Assembly (NCBI GenBank): GCA_052325545.1
Contig: JBKQUP010000037.1
Coordinates: 240,459 to 304,458 of the forward strand
Reading direction: 5' to 3'
From: Thermoplasmata archaeon
GTDB lineage: Archaea; Thermoplasmatota; Thermoplasmata; Lutacidiplasmatales; UBA184
Length of the DNA: 64,000 bases
A program made the translations under genes and the position numbers. Of this stretch, positions 56,401-63,858 are shown one piece after another; positions within the stretch are counted from its first letter, which is position 1; each line of letters begins with the position of its first letter. Under the pieces are notes generated by a model that ran no database searches, had not been told where the DNA came from, and worked only from the letters and a program-made list of their open reading frames with translations.

Positions 56401-56658
56401 GTGATGGCGAGCACGGTGGCCACCGAGGTTCAGAAATCGCGGGTCGTCGTGGATGCGGAACGCTGCAAAGGCTGCGACCTCTGCGTGGTGGCGTGCCCGC
56501 AGCAGAACCTCCACCTCTCCGGTGCCCTGAACCGGAGCGGCTACCACCCGGCCGTGTTCGATTATCACGGTAAGAAGGGAGCCTGCACGGCGTGCGGTAT
56601 CTGTTATTGGGTCTGTCCGGACTTCGCGATCACCGAGGTCTTGAGGTGGAAGGCATGA
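56401..56658 (+). CDS. korD: 2-oxoacid:ferredoxin oxidoreductase delta subunit (2x[4Fe-4S] ferredoxin)
   Basis: CKGCDLCVVACP and CTACGICYWVCP. Start is GTG 56401 or ATG 56404. The stop overlaps the alpha-subunit ATG. Confidence 0.8.
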   Translation: MMASTVATEVQKSRVVVDAERCKGCDLCVVACPQQNLHLSGALNRSGYHPAVFDYHGKKGACTACGICYWVCPDFAITEVLRWKA

Positions 56659-57722
56659 CCACGGCGCGCGACTTCCTCAAGGGAAACGAGGCGCTGGCCT
56701 ACGGGGCCCTCCGGACGGGGCTCAATGCGTTTTTCGGGTATCCGATCACGCCCTCGAGCGAGATACCGGAAACCCTCGCGGTCGAGTTCGGCAACCCGCA
56801 GTACCCTGCGTTCAAGGTCTTTCTCCAGGCGGCGAGCGAGATCGAGGCCATCAACATGGTCATCGGAGCGGCCGCGACGGGGGCGAAGGTGATGGCCGCC
56901 ACCTCCGGTCCCGGGTTCAGCCTCAAGCAGGAAGGGATCTCCTTCGCTTCGGGGATGGAGCTCCCGATGCTCATCGTCGATGTGAATCGAGGGGGGCCGG
57001 GCCTCGGAAACCTCGGACCGGAGCAGACGGACTACTTCCAGGCCACCAAGGGAGGGGGGCATGGCGGATACCGCAACATCGTTCTCGCCCCGAGCTCGGT
57101 GCCCGAGATGGCGGCCTTCCCCGCGATCGGGTTCTCTCTCGCCTTCAAGCATCGAACCCCGGTGATCATCCTCACCGACGCCTTCCTGGGCCAGCTCAAG
57201 GAGGACCTCATGTTCCCCGACGTCCCGTCCATGGAGTTCGACACCTCCTGGGCGACCACCGGAGCCCGAGGTCCCGAGCGGCACGTCATCAGCTCCATGC
57301 ATCTCGACCTCCCCGAGTTGAGCCGCCATTCCGAGCATCTCCGGTCCAAGTTCGAGGAGATCGAGCGCACGGAGCAGAGGTCCGAGAAGTTCGAGACCGA
57401 GGACGCGGACATCATCCTCGTCGCCTACGGGATCTGCGCGCGCCTATGCCAGCGCGCGGTCGGTGTGCTCCGCGCGAAGGGGGTCCGAGCCGGGCTCCTG
57501 CGACCGATCACGCTCTCTCCCTTCCCGAAGGGGGAGCTTGCGGCGTTCGTCGAGCGCGGGGTCCAGATGTTCCTCGTGGTCGAGCTCAACACAGGCCAGA
57601 TGATACAGGATGTGCAACTCGCGACCGGCGGCCGAACCCGGATCGGGTCGCTCCAACGGGTAGGAGGACTGTTTCCTTCGCCCTCGGAGATCGTTCGCGA
57701 GGTGGAGGGGATGGCCCGATGA
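56655..57722 (+). CDS. korA: 2-oxoacid:ferredoxin oxidoreductase alpha subunit
   Basis: GNEALAYGALRTGLNAFFGYPITPSSEI. The delta-alpha-beta-gamma gene order favours the 2-oxoglutarate type. Confidence 0.85.
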   Translation: MTTARDFLKGNEALAYGALRTGLNAFFGYPITPSSEIPETLAVEFGNPQYPAFKVFLQAASEIEAINMVIGAAATGAKVMAATSGPGFSLKQEGISFASGMELPMLIVDVNRGGPGLGNLGPEQTDYFQATKGGGHGGYRNIVLAPSSVPEMAAFPAIGFSLAFKHRTPVIILTDAFLGQLKEDLMFPDVPSMEFDTSWATTGARGPERHVISSMHLDLPELSRHSEHLRSKFEEIERTEQRSEKFETEDADIILVAYGICARLCQRAVGVLRAKGVRAGLLRPITLSPFPKGELAAFVERGVQMFLVVELNTGQMIQDVQLATGGRTRIGSLQRVGGLFPSPSEIVREVEGMAR

Positions 57723-58519
57723 TCGAGATCGAAGGACACTACGAGGTCAAGCTCGGGCCGCTGCCCACACTCACCGGCAAGCCCACCCACTATTGCGCGG
57801 GTTGCGAACACGGGACCTTGACGCGGCTCATCGCGTCCGCCCTCCACGAAATGGGCGCGAGGGAACGAACGGTTCTGGTCGACTCGGTCGGCTGCAGCGT
57901 CCTCGCTCACGAGTATCTGAACGTCGACGCCATCCAGTCCCCCCACGGGCGGGCGCCGGCCGTGATGACGGGCATCAAGCGGATGCACCCCGAGCTCCTG
58001 GTCTTCGCGGTCCAGGGGGACGGGGACGCGGTCTCCATCGGGCTCTCCGAGCTCATCTACGCGGCGAACCGGGGCGAGCCGATCACCATCTTCCTGGTCA
58101 ACAACGGGATCTACGGCATGACCGGGGGCCAGATGGCTCCCACCACACCGGAGGGCATGGTCACGATGACGACACCGCACGGGAGGGATATCGCCGTCAC
58201 CGGGGCCCCGATCGACGCGTCGAAACTCCTCGCGACCCTCGAGGCCCCGGCCTACGTGAAGCGGGTCCTTTTGCCCGTGACACCGACCCCGGCGGCCGAC
58301 TTCTACAATGCCCGCGGGTCGATCGAAGGCGCCCGGACCGTCCGGAACGCCTTCCGGGTCCAGGAGATGGGCGGTTTCTCCTTCGTCGAGTTCGTCAGCA
58401 CCTGCAACGTCAACTGGAAGATGTCGATCCTCAAGTCGAAGCAGTACGCAGCCGAAGTGTTGGCGAAGGTCTTCCCGCCGGGGCTCTTCAAGGACAAGTT
58501 CGGGGTGGAGAAGCGATGA
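57719..58519 (+). CDS. korB: 2-oxoacid:ferredoxin oxidoreductase beta subunit (TPP-binding)
   Basis: YCAGCEHG, GCS...HGRAPAVMTGIK and AVQGDGDAVSIG (TPP motif). ATGA overlap with the alpha subunit. Confidence 0.85.
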   Translation: MIEIEGHYEVKLGPLPTLTGKPTHYCAGCEHGTLTRLIASALHEMGARERTVLVDSVGCSVLAHEYLNVDAIQSPHGRAPAVMTGIKRMHPELLVFAVQGDGDAVSIGLSELIYAANRGEPITIFLVNNGIYGMTGGQMAPTTPEGMVTMTTPHGRDIAVTGAPIDASKLLATLEAPAYVKRVLLPVTPTPAADFYNARGSIEGARTVRNAFRVQEMGGFSFVEFVSTCNVNWKMSILKSKQYAAEVLAKVFPPGLFKDKFGVEKR

Positions 58520-59145
58520 AGATCGAGACGATCCTCGCCGGCCACGGAGGCCAAGGGGTCCTGGAGCTCGCGAACTGGCTCGCCTACTTCAACCTCGTCC
58601 GAGGGCGGCACGTCGCCTACACACCGTCCTACGGTCCCGAGACCCGCGGAGGGAAGGTGAAGTGTTATGTCGTCAGCTCCGAGGAGCGGATCGATTCCCC
58701 CATCGTCGAGGACCCGGACATCCTGGTCGTGATGAACCGCCCCTCGCTGGACTTCCTTCCCCTGCTGAAGGCGGGGGGGACCCTCTTGGTCAACAGCTCG
58801 CTCGTGAAGGAAATCCCCCGACGCGACGATGTGACGGTCGTGGAGGTACCCGCGACCGAGCTCGCCGGTGGGCTGCGCGAGTACAGCCCGGAGAAAGGGA
58901 AGGACACGGTGATCGCGGCGAACAGCGTGATGTTCGGGGCCTGCCTCGCGGTCAGCGGCGAGAACCTCCGAGCGGAGCTCGAGGGGATTCGGGAGGTCTT
59001 CGGTCACTTCTTGACCGGACGCAAGGCCGTGTACATCCCCCTGAACGTGAAGGCCGTTGAGGAGGGGTTCGAGCATGTGACCCGCACGCGCTCGGCAGAA
59101 CCGTCTCCCAAGAGCTCGGTCCCCCCCACCGGAATCGCTCCCTGA
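58516..59145 (+). CDS. korG: 2-oxoacid:ferredoxin oxidoreductase gamma subunit
   Basis: ILAGHGGQGVLELANWL ... YGPETRGGKV. ATGA overlap with the beta subunit. Confidence 0.82.
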   Translation: MKIETILAGHGGQGVLELANWLAYFNLVRGRHVAYTPSYGPETRGGKVKCYVVSSEERIDSPIVEDPDILVVMNRPSLDFLPLLKAGGTLLVNSSLVKEIPRRDDVTVVEVPATELAGGLREYSPEKGKDTVIAANSVMFGACLAVSGENLRAELEGIREVFGHFLTGRKAVYIPLNVKAVEEGFEHVTRTRSAEPSPKSSVPPTGIAP

Positions 59146-59397
59146 CTTCTCTTCCGGGCGTCCGATCGCCGGCACCGGGATGGTGCTCCGGGGTCTCACA
59201 AGCGTGGGAGGGGCCGACCCACCGCGCGGCGTGCCCCGGCGATCGGGGTTCTTGCGAGTCGACCGAGCCCAGCGCTACCCTCGTGGAGGGGGCCCCACCG
59301 GAGATGTTCGGCAAAGGGCGGGTTTCGAACGAGCTGGCGCTCCCGGCCCGCGGACCTCAGGGTTTATCCGTGATCTTCGTATTTCGCGCGACCGGCG

Positions 59398-60117
59398 ATG
59401 ACCGCTCCTGCGGGCGAGGAGTTCTTTCCCGGAGGGCTCCGGAGTCCATCCTCGGTTTTGTTCACAGGGACTAGCCGGTCGTTGCTGAAGTGGGTCGCCT
59501 TCGCCGCTCTCGCCCCCTACGCGTCGCGGGTCTATTGGACGGACCTCCGTTTGCCGGGCGAGATCCTCGACCCGCTCGACCCGATGGCCCGCCATGCCAT
59601 CCCGGAGGACGTGGTCCAGGTTGTCCTGCCCGGAGACCTTCGACCCGAGGAACAGGAGGCCCGCCTTGCGGAGGCGGCCTCAGCGACCATGTTCCCGTCC
59701 GACGAGGCGCCCGAATCGGTCCGTGGAATCATCGAGTTCATCCGCATGCCCTGGCATACGCAGCAGCGGATCTCGGCGACCTTCCGGCCGGGAGAGCCAA
59801 CTATCCTCGTTTGTGCGAGCGCCGACCGCCTCGTCGGGGTGTTCCCGAACGAGGGCGCCCCTGCACTGATCCGTTCGATCGTGGAGGCGGGGGTGGTCAT
59901 AGTCGGCCTCTGGGGCGATGCCGCATGTCCCTTCGAATCGGTGTTCGACGTGACGTTTCACGTGGAGGGCGTCGGCCCGGCGGACTGGCGAGATGCGACC
60001 ATCAAGTGCGAGAAAGGCATCTCCTCTGGGCCGCTCGCGGCCGGACCGGCGCACCGCCTGGCGGGCCTGGGCCCCATCGCCATGATCCTCGATAAACTGA
60101 TTCCTACCATCCCTTAG
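59398..60117 (+). CDS. hypothetical protein (possibly a degenerate RecA/KaiC-like fold lacking a P-loop)
   Basis: 239-aa ORF with G/C-rich third positions and a TATA-like GTTTATCC about 32 nt upstream. SVLFTGTSRS sits where a Walker A would be, and ILVCASADRL resembles a Walker-B strand. No firm family call. Confidence 0.4.
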   Translation: MTAPAGEEFFPGGLRSPSSVLFTGTSRSLLKWVAFAALAPYASRVYWTDLRLPGEILDPLDPMARHAIPEDVVQVVLPGDLRPEEQEARLAEAASATMFPSDEAPESVRGIIEFIRMPWHTQQRISATFRPGEPTILVCASADRLVGVFPNEGAPALIRSIVEAGVVIVGLWGDAACPFESVFDVTFHVEGVGPADWRDATIKCEKGISSGPLAAGPAHRLAGLGPIAMILDKLIPTIP

Positions 60118-60432
60118 AACTCGGTCGCGACCCGACCGGCTCCCCCGCGGCAGGGGTCCCTCCGCGGGAGACCCGAGCCACATTTCTCTGACGGGAGACC
60201 CGCTCTTGACGAACTCGGGGGAGGGTTCTTCCCCGGTGCAATGCGCGCTCCTCTACCCGCGCCAGGTCGATCGCACCCGCCGCTTCTCGGAGGAATCTGC
60301 CGGGGCCACGCATAGGACAAGTCTTTCGACTCTATGCCAAGCGTTCCGGCCGCAGAACAAGTCCCTTTCGAATCCGTCAACGCTGGCGATCTGGGGACCG
60401 GGGCTTAATCTAACGGAGGCGGTTTTCGGGTC

Positions 60433-62427
60433 GTGGCCGCGACCCGGCGGCTCGCCGCCATCATGTTCACCGACCTGGTGGGATTCACCGCGTCGGCGCA
60501 GTCGGACGAGGCGGTTGCCCTGGCTCGAGTGCAGGAACAAGCCTCCCTTGCCCGGCCGCTCTTCGCCTCGTACGGAGGGCGGGTCATCAAATCCACGGGA
60601 GACGGGTTTCTCGTCGAGTTCGACAGTGCGTTGAAGGCGGCCCAATGCGCCATCGAGATTCAACGCCAATTGCGAGAACGGAACGCCCGGTCTCTTGCCG
60701 CTCCCCTCCTGTTGCGGGTCGGAATTCACCTGGGGGACGTGGAGGAGGTAGACGGCGACATTCTGGGCGACACGGTGAACCTGGCCTCACGGATCGTTCC
60801 GTTGGCGCTGCCGGGCGGCGTGTGCCTGTCGGAACCGGTCGCGGACCAGATTCGGGGGAAGCTCCCCTACGGGCTAGAGCGTCTCGCCCCGAAACGCCTC
60901 AAGGGGGTTCGGGAGCCGTTGGTCACCTATCGGGTCGTTCTCCCCGGTACCGAGCGCGAGCCTCCGGCCGAGGGTACCCCACTCCCGCGCCTCGCCGTCC
61001 TGCCCCTCACCAACATCAGCTCGGATCCCAAGGACGAGTACTTCTCGGACGGGTTGACGGAGGAGCTGATCTCGGTCCTCTCGAAGATCCGGGGACTCCG
61101 GGTGATCGCCCGGACCTCGGTCGCTCAGTACAAGGGCACGGCGAAACCGATCGCCCAGATCGGGGCCGAACTGGGAGTGACCGCGGTGCTCGAGGGGAGC
61201 GTCCGAAAGGCGGGCGATGAACTGCGCATCTCCGTCCAGCTAGTCGATGTCCGCACCGAAGAGCATCGGTGGGCCCAGAGCTACGACCGAAAGCTCGAGA
61301 ACGTCTTCGCCATCCAGGCCGAGGTAGCCGAACAGACCGCTAGCGCATTGAAACTCGAGATGATGGGGTCGGACCGGAACGCGGTCCGAGCGAGGCCGAC
61401 CTCCAACCTCGTGGCCTACGACCTCTACCTTCGAGGAGTCCAGGCATCGCGACGGTTCACCCCCGGGGTAGGCCAGCACATGCAGCCCGGGAGGGACGCC
61501 ACGGGGTACTTCGAGGACGCAATCCGACAGGACCCTCAGTTCTCCGCCGCCCACTCGTCGTTGGCCAACCATCTCCTCGCCATCGGTGGCGTGACTCAGG
61601 AAGGCCAGGAGGCGTTCTCGAACGCGCGGCAGCACGTCAACCGGGCTCTCGAGATCGACCCGCGATCGTCGGACGCACACACCGCTCGGGGGAACCTCTT
61701 GATGCAGGCGGATTTCGACTGGCCGGGTGCCGAGTCAGAGCTCCGGCAAGCCCTCGAACTGAATCCCAACAACTCCACGGCGCACTTCTGGTACCGGTCG
61801 CTACTCACCGTCTTGCAGCGGTACGCTGAGGCCAAAGGTCAGCTCGACGCAGGGTTCGAATTGGACCCTCTCTGGTTTCTCGCGAAACGACAGGGGGTCA
61901 CATTGCTCGCCCTCCGCGGGGACTGGGACGAGGCCGTTCGCCTCGCCGAAGGGTTGGTCGAGAACGTTCAAGGGGACCCTCGCAACGAGTTGGAGTCACG
62001 GAGCCTTCTTGCGTGGGTCTACGCCTACGTGGGGCGTCCGTTGGATGCGGAGCGCGTGGATCGGGAAACCCGCCCCCCGTCGGACCCGAACTCCCGCCTC
62101 GCCCATTCTATTTTCCTCGGCTGGCTCGGGAAGCCCCGGGGAATCCCAGCCAGCCTGAAGGCCTGGGAGCAGCGGGCGAAGTCGGAGTACCTGTCGCCGT
62201 TGCCGGTGGTCCAAGCGTACGCGCAGCTGGGCCGGCCCGAGGAAGCTCTCTCGCGGCTGGAGGAGGACATCCAGAACGGCGAGTCGTACCTCTGGGCGCA
62301 CTACCAACTCCCCTACTTCGACCCGATTCGAGACCACCCTCGGTTCATCGCGGCGCTCGAGCGCTTCCATCTCCCCACGACGCAGAGCTGGCGTCGACCT
62401 GCGTTGAGACCCCGACAGACTCGGTAG
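60433..62427 (+). CDS. class III adenylate/guanylate cyclase domain protein with TolB-N-like and TPR domains
   Basis: Cyclase core AIMFTDLVGFT, VIKSTGDGFLVEF and GDTVNLASRI. This is followed by LAVLPLTNISSDPKDEYFSDGLTEELI and C-terminal TPR-like repeats. GTG start. Confidence 0.85.
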   Translation: MAATRRLAAIMFTDLVGFTASAQSDEAVALARVQEQASLARPLFASYGGRVIKSTGDGFLVEFDSALKAAQCAIEIQRQLRERNARSLAAPLLLRVGIHLGDVEEVDGDILGDTVNLASRIVPLALPGGVCLSEPVADQIRGKLPYGLERLAPKRLKGVREPLVTYRVVLPGTEREPPAEGTPLPRLAVLPLTNISSDPKDEYFSDGLTEELISVLSKIRGLRVIARTSVAQYKGTAKPIAQIGAELGVTAVLEGSVRKAGDELRISVQLVDVRTEEHRWAQSYDRKLENVFAIQAEVAEQTASALKLEMMGSDRNAVRARPTSNLVAYDLYLRGVQASRRFTPGVGQHMQPGRDATGYFEDAIRQDPQFSAAHSSLANHLLAIGGVTQEGQEAFSNARQHVNRALEIDPRSSDAHTARGNLLMQADFDWPGAESELRQALELNPNNSTAHFWYRSLLTVLQRYAEAKGQLDAGFELDPLWFLAKRQGVTLLALRGDWDEAVRLAEGLVENVQGDPRNELESRSLLAWVYAYVGRPLDAERVDRETRPPSDPNSRLAHSIFLGWLGKPRGIPASLKAWEQRAKSEYLSPLPVVQAYAQLGRPEEALSRLEEDIQNGESYLWAHYQLPYFDPIRDHPRFIAALERFHLPTTQSWRRPALRPRQTR

Positions 62428-62577
62428 CGCATTGCCGGGCGGCCTTGGCGGTCCAATTCCCGTTTCTGCCAGGTACCGTGTTCCGGACCAAAACGCTGCG
62501 AGTCCGGCCGTAGGTCAGAGCCCGGCGCCTTTCAGCTCAGACTAACCCGTTTATCGCCGGACCGCTTCCCGGAAGCG

Positions 62578-62847
62578 ATGTCGGAATCCTCGAAACTCGC
62601 GGCGTTTCTCCTCGCCCTACAGACATCCCCCAGCGCACAGAACCGATTCAAGGAAGACCCGGAAGGGGAGTTGAAGCGGTTCGACCTATCGACCAGCACC
62701 ATCAAGGCCATCAATGACGGAAATGCGGAGGCCCTCTGGCTGATTCTGACCCGTGTGCCCGGCCATGTTGGGGTCGTGATCAGCCACGTCGGGGTCGTGA
62801 CCGCGCGCGAGCGGCGTGGTCGTCGGCGCAAGAAGAAGGCGACCTAA
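62578..62847 (+). CDS. putative split-borosin RiPP precursor peptide (SonA-like helical domain plus V/G/I/H-rich core plus polybasic tail)
   Basis: 89 aa. The N-terminal roughly 55 aa are helical (KLAAFLLALQTSPSAQNRFKEDPEGELKRFDLSTSTIKAINDGNAEAL), followed by the core VPGHVGVVISHVGVVTA and the tail RERRGRRRKKKAT. It lies 44 nt upstream of the methyltransferase on the same strand. Confidence 0.65.
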   Translation: MSESSKLAAFLLALQTSPSAQNRFKEDPEGELKRFDLSTSTIKAINDGNAEALWLILTRVPGHVGVVISHVGVVTARERRGRRRKKKAT

Positions 62848-62891
62848 ATCGGGCGACCGACTCCAACGGGTCCCGCTTCCGAGGAGATGGG

Positions 62892-63743
62892 TTGAGGCGC
62901 CGGGGTCGACCGCCCGGCACGCCCCGGCGCCGCGGCAGGGGATCTCTTGTCATCGTAGGGACCGGGCTGAAAGCCGCGTTGCACACCACTCCCGAGGCGC
63001 GCGATGAGATCTCCCGCTCCGAGAGGGTCTTCTATCTGATCTCGGACCCGCTTTCGGAGAGATGGATCAAGAATCTTCGCCCTACCGCGAGGTCGCTCGA
63101 GCCCTGCTACGTCCCGGGCGGACGGCGTATGGCCGCGTACCAGCGAATGATCGACCGAATTCTCGCTCCGGTTCGCGCCGGCCACAGGGTCTGTGTGGCG
63201 TTCTATGGCCACCCGGGGGTGTTCGTCTTCCCTTCCCATGAGGCCATCCGACGGGCGAGAGAGGAAGGCTTCGATGCCCGGATGCTCCCCGGAATCTCCG
63301 CGGAGGACTGCCTATTTTCCGAGCTCGGCATCGATCCATCGCGTTCCGGATGCCAGAGCTACGAGGCCACTGACTTCCTGGTCTACCGCCGGAGATTCGA
63401 CCCCTCCAGCGCGTTGGTGCTCTGGCAGGTCGGGGTCGTCGGGAATCTCAACTACGGACAACGGCCGGCACGATCCGGTCTCCGCGTGCTCGCTCGACGC
63501 CTTGCGCGCGTCTACGGCGGGAAGCATGAAGTGGTGCTCTACGAGGCAAGCCTCCTCCCGGTCCTCCCGTCCATCATCCGTTCAACCACCATCGAGGAAC
63601 TCCCGTCTGCTGGGGTCACGGGCAGCATGACCCTCTTTGTTCCGCCTCGGCCGCACTCCCCGGATCCCCGGAGTTTGCGTTTGCTCGGTCTTCGAGCTTC
63701 GGACCTGGTGGCGGTTCCCTCCTGCTGGAAGCCGGGTGCGTGA
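62892..63743 (+). CDS. borosin-type peptide alpha-N-methyltransferase homologue (OphMA/SonM-like, tetrapyrrole-methylase fold)
   Basis: GSLVIVGTG, RVFYLISDP, VAFYGHPGVFVFPSHEAIRRAREEGFDARMLPGISAEDCLFSELGIDPS, YEATDFLVY and LVLWQVGVVG. These follow the OphMA methyltransferase domain almost position by position, as I recall that sequence. TTG 62892 is the only in-frame start. Confidence 0.8.
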   Translation: MRRRGRPPGTPRRRGRGSLVIVGTGLKAALHTTPEARDEISRSERVFYLISDPLSERWIKNLRPTARSLEPCYVPGGRRMAAYQRMIDRILAPVRAGHRVCVAFYGHPGVFVFPSHEAIRRAREEGFDARMLPGISAEDCLFSELGIDPSRSGCQSYEATDFLVYRRRFDPSSALVLWQVGVVGNLNYGQRPARSGLRVLARRLARVYGGKHEVVLYEASLLPVLPSIIRSTTIEELPSAGVTGSMTLFVPPRPHSPDPRSLRLLGLRASDLVAVPSCWKPGA

Positions 63744-63837
63744 GTGAATCCTGCCGATTGGACGGTTGTCGGCGTGATTTCGTCGACTGCAAGGTCGGAG
63801 GCCGCAATCTAGAACACACCCTTTTCCGGACAGGAAC

Positions 63838-63858
63838 GGGGCCTTGGTACCAGGCCCC
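63838..63858 (+). terminator. possible transcript-end hairpin after the methyltransferase gene
   Basis: GGGGCCT/AGGCCCC 7-bp stem with a 7-nt loop, preceded by a CTTTTCC T-run at 63821-63827, about 95 nt after the stop at 63743. Confidence 0.25.
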
